A model generated the notes under the pieces. That model had not been told where the DNA came from. It saw only the letters and a program-made list of their open reading frames with translations, and ran no database searches. From Lama glama (Eukaryota): a stretch of DNA of 64,000 bases. Made by a program: the position numbers and the translations under genes. Shown here one piece after another: positions 28,358 through 40,800 of this stretch. The stretch spans positions 92,444,001 to 92,508,000 of the forward strand of contig CM052816.1 in assembly GCA_028534125.1 (NCBI GenBank), written 5' to 3'. The stretch's first letter is position 1. Each line of letters begins with the position of its first letter.

Positions 28358-28761
28358 TGAGCATCTACCACGGTGTGGCAGAATCAGAAGGGACAAACGC
28401 AAGGGAGCAAAGGTGTCACCTTTGTCCTCAGGGGCTCCGGTCTCCTAGGGAAGGGGCATAGTCAGCCCCACAACTAGGAAAACCTCACTATATGGAGAGG
28501 AGGGGCGAGATGCTTTGGGCCCACGAGCCGGGGGACAAGCCCACCTCTCCTGCCCCCCAGCAGTGCTGAGCTGAGGCCTGGAGCTGGGGTGGGAGTTGGC
28601 TGGGCTCGGAGTTCCAGGCCCCCCCGCACGCAGGTGGACCGTTTCTCAGGTGCAGCCCTCACCATCAGATCTCTAATGCAATCGTCCCGTCCCCCTGTTG
28701 TCCGCCCCTTTCCTGAGTTTCAGCTGCGTTTTGACTTGACTATGCCTCAGCCCGGCTTTAA

Positions 28762-28932
<171 letters not shown>

Positions 28933-29254
28933 TAAGGAGTCATGTCTGCACCTGGCCAGGGGGAGGAGGGGAGGGGAGGGCACAGCCACCATCGGGAGGG
29001 GCTGCAGGGAAGTGCCGTGGTTGGGCAGAGGTAGGCCTCCATCAGCTGACGCCCCGAGTGCCTCTCCCAGTCCAAGCATGGCCGACAGCCAGGTAACCCC
29101 ACCGAAAGGAAGCGCTGACTGAGATGCAGCATCAGCAAGGTCACCCCAACCATAAGCGAGGGGTCCCCTGAGACCCTGCGGCCTCTCCCTGCTCTTGGCT
29201 CTGCTGCATGTGCCCCTGTCCCAGCCCCATGCCGATGAGTCTTCTCTGGTCTAG

Positions 29255-29368
<114 letters not shown>

Positions 29369-30670
29369 GGCGCCGCAGGGACAGCTAAGGTGACACTTCG
29401 GCGTCATCTGCTCTCCTGTCGTGTTTTTTTCCGGTTTTGTTTTGGTAACGCAAGAGGCCTTGATTCAAAGGTTTCACGGACACGCTGGCATACTGGGTAT
29501 GCTCACGCTGATGTGGGGGCCTGCAGAATGGGCTTGTCACTGCTTTGTGGAAACAGAACAATTGACTTCATGCCCCCGCTTCGTGAAAACCCCAAAGACA
29601 TAGCTGCCTGGTAGTCTACGTTGTCTCCCCTCCCCCAGACAGTCTCCACTTGGAACCAAAGGACCACGGCACACCCCTTGGCCACCACTGCCCAGCAGGC
29701 CACAGACTCACCCTGTCCCTTGCATCCCTCTTAAGAATCAACAGGTGACAACTCGGCTTTCTTTGATTGGCTTCCCAGTAACATGGCTGTGCGAAGAGAT
29801 GTAAGCCAGCAACCTCCCACCGTGGAGGCACAAACCGTCTGCGACACGCGTGCGGAGGGCAGCACCAGGCTGCAGCCCAGAGTGGCCATTCCTGCTCAGG
29901 AATGGATCTGTGAACACGCTGGACGGACGGACAGATGGAAATCATCTCCCATGGGAAGGTTTGAGGTGCCGTGGGAGCAGCGAACTGATACATGCAAACG
30001 ATAGCGTCTCACCTCACATTTTTCCTAGATTCGAGTGTGCGCGCACTTTCCCGCACGACCATGTACATACGTGAGCTGTCTTGTTCAAGGTGTCACAAAA
30101 GTGCATCTCCCCATCGCAGCGTCCTTGGGCATGACTTTCCCAGAAGGCTTGCTTTTCACTCACCTTTCCTGAAGATGGCACTAGAGCAAGTGAAACGGAG
30201 CCGTCTAACTTGTACATGTTAGTTTTTAAAGGGAACTGAAGCTTTAAGTCATAATCTAGCATTCTAATGCCAGGTTGCCGAATCGTCACTTGGGAAGTAG
30301 ATTTATGACCTGGTCCTGCCATTCTTAGTCCTCACCATGCGGTACAGGTAATTCCGAGTGTACTGTATTCCCCTTTTACGCCACACGAGAAAGCAAGACA
30401 TTTTATAAACCATAGCAAAGTCACTATGTGATACTCCCTGAAACGATACATTTGAAATCCATTTAGTGCAGTCTATTTTTCTAAGTTTTGGAAAGCGGGT
30501 TTTTTTCTTTAAAAAATTTTGGACACAGTTCACTAAATTCTTGATTTAGTCAAAATTCCTAGACTGAAAGAACCTAACCACAAAAAAAATATTTTAAAGA
30601 TATAAATATATACTGTATATGTTATGTAATTTATTTTAGGCTATAATACATTTCCTATTTTCGCATTTTC

Positions 30671-30676
30671 AATAAA
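30671..30676 (+). terminator. Proximal ANKH polyadenylation signal AATAAA
   Basis: Canonical hexamer after an AU-rich block, with downstream GU-rich ggtgattgctcgtgtg. Confidence 0.7.
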
Positions 30677-33600
30677 ATGTCTCTAATACAATACGGTGAT
30701 TGCTCGTGTGCTCAAGGTACCTGCAGTTGAAAACGTATTGTATCCATGGATGTTGCATCTTGTTTGTAGCAGTTTTACAGTCTGTCATTTGTATATAAAT
30801 GTAAGGGTCAGTAAATGACAAGAGAACTATTTTTCACTATGAGTAACAGGGGTTTAAATGGGTCAGGTGGTGTAGACTATCGTGGGAATGGATATACATG
30901 CTAGAAGAGCAAAAAGAAGGAAAAAGTCAAGCCTTTTGCGTTTATTGCTTTCAGTGCTGTGTAATCATTATCATCCCTCATAGAAAAAAAAGAATGTAAG
31001 GGCTTGGAGTCAGCCATGAACATCACAGGGTCCATTTACATGTCTGGACAAATCCCCATGTGCTTCCTGTGAGCAGTTTGTCATATATATATGCAGAAAA
31101 TTAAGATGCATAACTTTGGGGTGTTTCAGGGGCAGATCTGAGAGGATGGGGAAAACATCTAATTGTATCAGCTTTTTTAAAGTACATGACTAGAAAATTA
31201 AACAGCAGTATTTTTTAACATGTGTGATTAGTATTTCATGCTTGTGGAGTTGGAGCTTAAAGAGCAAACTGAAAAAGCAAATTCCTTCCCTCAAAATCGA
31301 GGAAAGACCCCCCCCAGGCGCATTATGCAACTAGAAGAGGGCATTCTGACGTCAGAGGCACTTTCAGGGTAAAGATTCGTGGGCCATGGTATTTTGCTAG
31401 CTTGGGAAAACACGGGCCGCAAGCCCAGACCCAGACCGCCACGATGGAGCTGTGACTCTGCAGGACGCCCGTGTCCAAGACCTTTCTTCCTGAAGTACAC
31501 GCTCCCCTGACACAGTTCCTTCGTTGGCTTGCGCTGCTAAAACCCGTCAGCCTGACAAGCACACACCTTAACTTCTAAAGCAAACCCCACCGCCAGCAGG
31601 TTCTTCAGCACAGGCTGGGGAGGGGGGCCCTTCTCCTTCCCACTTTTCAGGGTGATGGGGGGCACCCCTTGGACTTCATCGACCAAAGAAACTTTCCCCC
31701 GACACAGGTTCCTTTTCTCTTGCAAGTCGCTCAGGATTTCTGTGAAAGCCTCAGGCCAAGGACCATGAAAAGACCAGCCATGACTTTCTCAGTGTGGACC
31801 GGTGCCTTGTAGACCCACAGAATCTAAAACCACGGGGGCATGAAGCTGCTTTTATTTAGATGCTGAGAAGTGAGTTTGGGCCATTCAGAGAGGTCTTTCC
31901 AACCCGGAGGTCTTCTCTGGGCCAGCTCAGGTCAGAGCAGCTGGTTGTGTCAAAGCAGGCCGCTCTTTGCTTTCTCATTCTCCACGCAGCTGCCGTGGGC
32001 TCTGCCCACAATGAGCGGGACCTCGGTGTCACTGGCATCAGTGAGACACCAAGATCTGAGCAGGAGGAAGCAGGCTGGGCTGGGTCCAGGAAAGACGTGA
32101 TTGGGCAGGACCGGCCGGCCACGTGGCTCAGGGAGTGTGGCGAGGTTTGCACGTTGGCCGGAAACCCTCACCTGCTTGGGATTCCTTACTTTGGGCACAA
32201 AGGCCACAGGTTGACATCAGGCACACTCCCTCGCTGCCCAGGTTGGCTGGTCTTGTGCCCAAAGGTCATCTTCTCTGATTTGTATGTATGTTTTGCTTTG
32301 TATTTTAGCAGTACCAGGTGGTCTGGCTCTGAAACTGCCTGGGACGGCTGATACTCAGAAACAGAAACTTCTGGCTTTGCTGTAGGGTATACTGGATGGC
32401 TAAGGAGATTTCGTTACGGTAGTAAAAGCACTTTCTTTTTCACTCCTGAGTCCTTGCAATAAATAACCATGGCAGGCGCAGTGGGCGGGAGGCCCACAAG
32501 GAGGGAGGTCCAGACTCAAGATGGTCCATCAACCCAGACGCCAGGGTGCTCTCCAGCCAGGGCCCAGCTCGGTGGTCCCCACATGCAGCCTTTTCCTGTC
32601 TCTCCTGCAGTTCCCAGATACCAGAACTTACTCAACGATAACTTTAGAGCTAGATGTAAAAGAGTTAACACTGACCCTCCTAACTCCTCCTCACTTGGGA
32701 ATCTTCTGGAAGGGGCAGGGGGAGGTCAGCTGTTTTGTGCCCTTAGTTTCCAGAAACATACCCATTTAAAGACTCAGTAGCTCTCTGACTGGATTTTTTT
32801 TTCCATCTTCAAACTGAAGTGGGAGAAAGACTGAGAAAGTAGTTCTGTTGTTGTAATTAAATGATTACTTTAAAAAACATTTTCTTGTATTCAAGAATCT
32901 TTCTATTTCCGAATATCTCAGCAGACCAGTGCCCAGGACAGCATGAGCTGGTATGTACCCAGCAGCCAGGGTTTCTGGCTTCCTGCTTTGCAGGCGAGCT
33001 GCCCTCCTAACTTAGGATGAAGCCTTCATCAATCAAAGCAATGCTCGGTCCAGGAAAGGGACCTTTTATGTGCTAAGTCCTGACCTTTATGCATATAGAA
33101 AACCAAAAGTGCAACGAGCAAGGCTTTGTAGCACGCGGCGATCTGTAAGCGTTGAGAGGTCTGCGTTGCGTGTGCAGCCGGTTCCCTGAAACCAGGCTCC
33201 CGCCTGCCTTCGGAGACACAGCCTCAGGCACAGCCCTCACAGAGCTCTTTCATAAAAAGCATTTGAACCGTAGAAAAGCATGTTTTTGAGCAACGTGTTT
33301 GGTAAACATTCAAGATGGTCCTCTGCGTGGTTACTTGGAGTCTCTATTTCTGGCCTTTGAAGCAGCAAAACACCACGTGACTCATCAGCTGATCTAACCA
33401 CACACAAAACAGGATGTAGAGAAAATCTGAAGAAAAATAGACCAAAAGGCCCTGCTCCTACTCTTTTACAGGTTAAATGTCTAAAACGAACTACCTAAAG
33501 TGTGCAAAATGTGAGACGTGTAATTACGTAATCAACCCACACCCAACGCCGATGTCAGGAAAGGTGTAACGAATTATAGTGTTTACTGTCTGATCTCAAA

Positions 33601-35089
33601 AAGGGAAAACAGTGAAGGGGAGGTGGTAAGATCTTGCTGTAAGTTGACTTCACTTTCTTCTCCCAAGGGGAGGTTAGAACTATTCGCTGTGGCAAAGCAG
33701 CTCATCAAAGGTGCACCTCCAAAGTCTTTTTTTTTTAATCATCTCTGCCAAGTCCAAGTGGTTCCAGGATAATTTTTTCTCTGCTTCATTTGCAATCAAC
33801 CAGGGTCTCTGAAAGACTGTAAGATCTATGCACTTTTATAGATGGCTGTCAGCTACCCACAGATTCAGCACGTGTTTCTTATTTGGTGCCTCTTTTTAAG
33901 TTAGGAGATGTAACTTAAAGTGCACTTCACTAAAGACTTGGCTTCTACAGTCCGTATATGTAAACAAAAGCGCACAAGAGCTAGGAACCCTTTCTCTCCA
34001 GAAGCATACGTGGTTTCCTTAGGTTACAGTGGGGAGATGTACCGCTCGCCCTATGGCCTCGTGGAGACTCAGTGATGTACAGAGCCTGGTCGTTACTGTG
34101 AGATTTAGAGGCAGATGTTGTCCATCTGTGAACCAGTGGGAGTGGGGACCACTACAGCTAGGTGGATTCTGGTTCCCTGAAGTGTGGGGCCACAGACATG
34201 GATGAACCTGGTACTGAAGGCAAAGTTCAGGCCACTCTGGGTGAACAAAGGAGGTACACGGTACCTCAGCGCCAGGCACCCAGCACCCGAGGCGTGGCCC
34301 AGTCACCGGGAAGCAGGCCATTCCCCCACACCCACAAGACCTGTGGGCAAACGCACTGCTCCTTCGACCGGCGCCACATTCGGTTTGCTTCATGGTGTAT
34401 GGAGAGGGCAAATATCTGAAGCTGGAAAGACCAAGAAGCTCGTCGCAGGGCTTCAGAAACCTTGACAGAGCCACACGGGGGCTCCTGTTCAGCAGCGACA
34501 AGCCTGTGCTCGTTCATACAAGGAGAACTTCCGCGTCACTCACACCTCTCCTGCCTCATGGCGGTCACCTGTACATTGAGAGGGTCCGGTCATTACTGCC
34601 AAGGCTCCTTCCTGGTCTAACAGTCTGTGTAGGATCTGGGATTTAGAACATGGTACAGGATCCTGCAATGGAGAAATAAAATTACCTCATTCTTTCTTTC
34701 AGATCTGAACATTAGCAGTGATCCAGAATTTTTTTTTTAAACAAAATTAAGTCTCCTGGGACTCATTATTCTACGTGAGCTGCGGCTGTCAGCTTACAGG
34801 CTTTTTGGTTTCATGTCAAAACTGTGGGTTTAGTTTAAACTGTTAAAGCCAATCACATTAAAATATTTGTACAGCCTTCATTGACTGCAGAGGTCAGTAT
34901 AAAATATACGTTGCATTTAAATGCTGTGTATGTATTTCATAGATGTAAGTTTTTGCATTGTTAAGAGCATTTATATATGCTTTTCGTTTTTGGATTTTTT
35001 TGGAGGAGGAGGAATTTGTGCTCATATATTGTCAAACAGCTTTCATATTTTAATTTTACTTTAAGTAAAGCTTAGATGGTTGGCATATG

Positions 35090-35095
35090 ATTAAA
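35090..35095 (+). terminator. Candidate distal ANKH polyadenylation signal ATTAAA
   Basis: ATTAAA followed by ttgtttttagtttcttgattttcttgttct. Other hexamers at 32458, 34675 (AATAAA) and 34857 (ATTAAA). Confidence 0.5.
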
Positions 35096-35974
35096 ATTGT
35101 TTTTAGTTTCTTGATTTTCTTGTTCTAACCATTGGTCTGTTTACATGCCCTAAATTATATGGTTTCCTAATTCTGACTATAATTTCCCCTTTTTTGTCAA
35201 ACGTACATGAGACGTTAAAATTTCCCCCTTTGCCTTGGTAGCTAAAACCTCTAGCCACTGGGATATTTCCCCAAACTCCCTGTCTTATTTAAACATGAGC
35301 CATTTCTTCAAATTTTATTCTGTATTAAAATGGATTTTTACTTCCCACAACTATAGTAATACTGAAAGTTCTTCTCTGAGGCCCAGCTTCTCCCCACTGC
35401 TTCTAGAATGGAGATACCAGACAGCCTGGCTTTAGGAAAGTAAGAGGAACAGCATGTAAAACCCCACCTGCCCACATCTGAGAGACTTGCTCTTATCAGT
35501 CTTTATGTGAAAAGCATTACTTTTTTTCCAACTGTAATGTCTTGACCTCAAAGAATGATGGCTCTCATTTTTTTTAAACCCCTATGAGAGATTATATAGA
35601 GAATGTGTTTTTTTACGTATCTGAAATCAGCAAGGATATAAGCATGCTACTGACCTGCTTCGCACTGCGTGTTTGCTTTCCTGCTTCAGGACATGTCTGA
35701 GTTAAAATGCCAGTGGCAGTACTACCTCTGCCATGCTGCCCTCTTACTGCCTCTAATACCACATGGTTTTGAAGTCTTAGAGGTCTTCCTGCTTGGCTGT
35801 GAGGTAGGGTGTGGAGCTGTGCTGGCCCAGACATTGTCAGCAAACCTGCACCCTCCCCACACTTTCTCCTGCCACCCCAGATGAATCACAAGCTCATCCT
35901 CCCAGAAACCTCCTCCGTGACACACCCATCCCTCACTGTCACACTAACCCTCATCAGTCCTCCCCTCTAGTTTC

Positions 35975-36200
35975 TCTCACTTCCATCCCTCCCTCTGCAT
36001 CTTCTGTATTCCCACTGGCTTAGCTCCGGGGCTCCTGTTCACCTAGGGCCTGGATGCTACCGAAGCCTCCAAAACAGTTTCCCTTCTCCAGGCTCATGTG
36101 TCCCCCTGGACAACGATGCAAATGACACCTCCTAGAGTTCTGCAGTGCACAGCCTGCACAACCATTCCCAGCGGCCTGCCCACTGCCCCCTACCTCACAC
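35975..36200 (+). repeat. Copy 1 of a local direct duplication (copy 2 at 37669-37890)
   Basis: Colinear similarity over more than 200 bp, including an identical 23-mer tgcagtgcacagcctgcacaacc at 36141 and 37831. Confidence 0.85.
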
Positions 36201-37668
36201 ATTGCAGAGGACTTTCAGTGTTCATATTAGTCTTCATTTCTGAGGACTGAGGGCTTTTAATCAAGAGGATGTTAAAGTAAACCACAAGCTGGTTCATGGT
36301 TTTGAAACACCTGTCTCTACTCTGCCTATTTATGAATTGTCCTAAACCACCCACATCCACACCTTATACAATGGTGGTAAACTACTGAAAGGCTTCCCCT
36401 TGCGGTAAGCAGTTTAAATACATTCATAGATACAACTGAATGGGTTTTTAGGTTAATATCAAGGAGAAAACTAAGCCCTGTTCTAAGTTTTCCTTTTCAA
36501 CACTTTTAAAGGCAATGCTGGGGTGAAGGGCATATTGGCATTGTTTATGTTCTCATATGCCCCCAGCAAGCTCCAGGCTTCTTACTGGACAATGCAAGCC
36601 AGTAAATACCATGCTAATTTCACAGTTCAACACACTGGTCTTTGCACAAAAGGAAAAAAGTCAGCAGCCGTGAGTCCTCATTCTATCTCTGCTTCTTATT
36701 AGCTGTGAGCCAGGCAGGTTATCGGATGCCTCTGGATCTGCCTCCTCTGCTCTAGAACAAAATCTTTTCTAGCTCCCCTCCGCTGCGACGTCAGGATTTG
36801 CAGAGCCGTCAACAGCAGTGCACAAAGGTGGGGGTGCACGTCCGCCAGGCTCCCAGGCAGCTTGGGAGCACCCCAGCTACCAACTCTACCGCCGGTCTCC
36901 TTTCAGCAAAGAAAAACTACTAGAGCTTTTACAAAACAAAACAAAGGCCAGTCTAATTTTGGGTTCAGAACCTTTGGATCCAAAGACCAAAAGAGAATGA
37001 ACAAATAGAATAATTATTATCAAACTTCACATTATAACACACACCTAGAATTCTTTCCTCTGACTCGTGTACCAGGCTCTCTTGCTCTAAAGACAAGTAG
37101 CTGAGGAAAGCCTGCTGTGGTCAGCCCCCGAGGCCCTGTTAGGAGAGATGCTCCCATGTTCACGCATGATGGAGTCAAAAAGGGATTTCTCCCCGGTGCC
37201 TGGCAGCACCGTGTCCCAGCTCAGCGCTGTTCTTCTTTCAGCCTTTCCCCCAAATGCTGCCACTGCCCAGATTCCAGTGGCCTTCCTCACCCTACAGCTG
37301 TGCTGCTATTTAATTCTACCTTCTTTAAAAAAGACTCCACCTGCCCCCACTACCCCAGGCCTGCTCCCACCTTAGTTGGGAACCTAGTTTACATGCTTCT
37401 GAGTGACCTAATCTGGGCCTGTTTTCAATTCCAAATATACACTGGGGATCCCCAGGGCTGTTTTTCCTGCCCTGACTTGTTCCAGAACTGCAGTCCAGTC
37501 ACCTCCCAACATCTCAGCCTTAAGCCCTGCCCCCCGCAGACTTCCACCCCCCTCCAGCCGTCTCCTGTCTAGATGAGTCACATTAGCACCCGCCCGGACA
37601 CCAACCTACGCCATGTGCCACCTCTCCCTCAGTCAAGTCACTGACCTTGTCAGTTCTCGCTCCCAGCA

Positions 37669-37890
37669 TCTCACTTCTCTCCCTCCCTCTGCACCCTCTT
37701 TTGTCCCACTGGTTTAGTTCAGGTGCTCCTGGTCACCTAAGGCCTAGATGCCAAAAAAGCCTCCAGAATGGTTCTCCTTCCCAAGCTCATGTGTCCTCCT
37801 GGACCATGATGTGAATGACACCTAGAGCTTTGCAGTGCACAGCCTGCACAACCGTTCCCAGCAGCCTGTCCGCCTCCTCCCACCCCACAC
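37669..37890 (+). repeat. Copy 2 of a local direct duplication (copy 1 at 35975-36200)
   Basis: Same alignment as copy 1, offset about 1690 bp. Confidence 0.85.
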
Positions 37891-40800
37891 CTCACCCTGC
37901 TCTTCCAGGCTGGCCCTTCCTCTCCAGGCACTGGGCTGCTGCAAGGAGGACTCTGCACTTACACAGGTGGGCACCAGGCTGAGTCAGGGCCACATGTAGT
38001 AAACAAGGGCCCAGCTGGAGGGAGGATGCAAACACCCAATGAGAAGCAGCGACATACAACAGGGATTCCTGGCGGTGCCCCAGGCTCCTGCTCCAAGCGT
38101 CTTAATGCCTCGCCCCATTCCAGAACCTGTGCGCTCTTTCACACCTCACCCACGCTGAGGGAATCAAAGGACCAAGAGTAGATATTTCTAAAAGAGAATT
38201 TGTAGAGATGGTTTCTTTGCTGCAGAGCTACACCAAGCCTGTCTCCTCCTTGCGGGGAGTGTGTACATGTGTGTGGGGTTGGGGTGGGGTCCCTCGATGC
38301 CTTAAACCTAATGACAGGGTTCTTCAGGAGACACCCAGAGAGCTTGAAATGGGCTCCTACAGTGGTGGGCACTTGGTGGACAGGTGTCTGACTCCTCTGT
38401 CAAATTTGACGGGAGAGTCACAAGAGGGGACACCAGGGTGGTGACACACACCACGTTTGTCAGGGCAGAGGTCTTTCCCATGAATCAGGCCCGGGCCACA
38501 CAGATAAACAAGCTGACCTGGGGTTTGTCTTACATCCCTAGGGGGTGAGTGGGGCTCAGAAGAACCTGGGGGTAATAACACTGGATTCTTGGAGCTGCAA
38601 AGGAGGAAGTGGTGGGCCAGGGTGAGACCATCAGCCACTTCACAGAAACTGCCGAGCTGCGGGCAGAGGTCTCCAGATCCCTGGAAGCACCCATGTGAGA
38701 ACGACAGAATGAGAGCTGAGCGCCGGGCAGGCCCAGGGAGCCAGGCTTGTGTACATCAGCAACTGTCAGGAGAAAGATCTTCCACCCTCCACCCTTCCTC
38801 CTGCTCCGGATGGGGCAGTGACTGATCAGCGGTTTCACCCCGGGTTCAGCTCATCTGTCACAAACGCATGTGAGGCCCAACATGCGGAGGTGTAGAGAGG
38901 GCCTGGGAGGGCCAGGGGGAAGGGGAGGGGAGGGCTGGGCCAGCTCTCCTCACAGCCCTGATGTTGGCACCTTGCCTGCCCAGAACAGACACTCTGGTGA
39001 ATCAATGAAGGCCTTCACACCTTCTGCCCCCCAACACACTCTGACCCCAGGTGACCTGCACAATCACCTTCTTCCCCACATCCTTCTCATCTCCAACCCC
39101 CTCTTATCACTATGGTCATGCTCTCCATGAGCTAAGATCACCCAAGCCAGTCCTTGTCACTCGCCTTTGCCACCAAAAGGGATCATCTCCCTGTAAAATA
39201 CAGATGGAAAAACCAAAAGCATTCTCACATACAACGGTCTAGTTAGACACTGTAGTAACAGATGTGTAAAGGAAGTGAGCAGATGGTTCCCAGAAAATGA
39301 CCCACGAATGGCTTCTCCCAAGGAAAACAGGCCTCGCCTTGTGCAAGTGAAGGAATGCAAACTGAAAGTCCAGCTATCAACTCAGCAAAGACCAAAGTTT
39401 GGCAGAGCTCAGCACTGGCAAGAGCCTAGCGAAACTGGCCCTCCTGCTCATTTCCCAGGGAAATGTCGCCACTCAGTGGTACCTCTTCAGAGGACAATCT
39501 GGCAGGATGCTTCAAGTTTACCCTCAACAAGGGAAAGAGGCTAAAGTCAGGGGCAAAGACCATGAAAAGGCCATGCAGGAAAGAGATACCACCAAACCCA
39601 GAGCACTGAGGATAAATGCTCCCCACCTACTACTAGAATCAAAAGCCATTTAAAACTACACATCTTTCTTCCTTTCCAAACTCTTTTTCTTGCCAGGTGG
39701 TCAAAGCTTAAAATTAAATTATCCCTAGTGTCACCCAGGGGACAATGGAGCAGGCCCTGCAGTACCTGCTGGTGAAGGAGAACTTCCTGCAGCTTTTTGG
39801 AGGGAAGGTTGGAAGTACGTATCAAGAGCCTTAAACGTGGTCAGTCTGGAGATGTGTGAGAAGATTCATGAACGAGGAGGTGCCTTACAGCACTGCTTAT
39901 AATTGAGAAAGCTGGAAGTACTCAGTGGTGGTAAGTATGTAATATTTTCTGAAGGTTTTTTTTTAAACCTTAAAGTGCATCACAGTTTCTCACCACCTTG
40001 TACAATTAGGATGTGGCCTCCAGAGTATCAACAACTTCCACGGCGTGTTTGCTTTTTACCTCCTCTGCATTCTTTCCGCCATCCCAAGGAGTGCCATCTC
40101 CGGAACGAGGGGCACAGCACAGCCTGACAGCTCTTCACCTTCCATAAAGTGCATTCCGGGTCTCCATCTGGGGAGGCGGCACTACGGGGTACTGGAAGAC
40201 ACTGTACTTGGCTTTAATACATTTTCTAAATTGTAACAGAGAATGAAGGGTAGTCACACCACTGTCACCAGACCCTTCAGCCATCTGGTGAGAGGTCACA
40301 GGGCCAGGCTGCAGGGTCCGGCCGAGGGTGCAGGTGGGAAGCAAGATCCCAAACTGGAGGGAGGAGCAAAAAAAGTCCTCACTCAGCCCTAGGGAGCTGG
40401 CGGGGAGCGCCACCCCAGGCTCTTCCACCCAAGGGCCGAATCGGCTTTGCCCCCGGGGCTGTGCTGGGGGCCCAAAGTCTGGAATGAACCCGCCAGACCC
40501 AGCAGGTCAGAAGGTCATTACCAGGCCACTCACACAGAGCCCAGATGAGACAGGGGTAGGAGTGAGGAGGGAAGACAAACAACTGAGGAACCCACAGAAA
40601 AAAATGCTCAGATTTCCAGCAAGACAGCGATGGGAGGTGGGAATGTACTGTATAAACAGTCTCATTTACACACATGTAACATGGCTTGTCTTCTCTTGAT
40701 CATTTGATCCTAAGGGCTTCCTGAGGACCCACACCCGGGATCCCTGGCTTCCTCTAGACTCACCATGGAGGAGAAATGCCAGAAACGCTGCCCTGGGAAC

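Larger units (their letters stand above)
29369..35115 (+). other. ANKH: ANKH 3' UTR (long form; 3' end approximate)
   Basis: Follows the stop codon. Poor in transposons, with AU-rich blocks at about 30.5-30.8 kb and 34.8-35.1 kb and several poly(A) hexamers. The end is inferred from ATTAAA at 35090 followed by a U-rich tract. Confidence 0.6.

Noticed and set aside
38900..38940. G-quadruplex-like G-runs
   Set aside because: Common in GC-rich mammalian DNA, with no supporting context.
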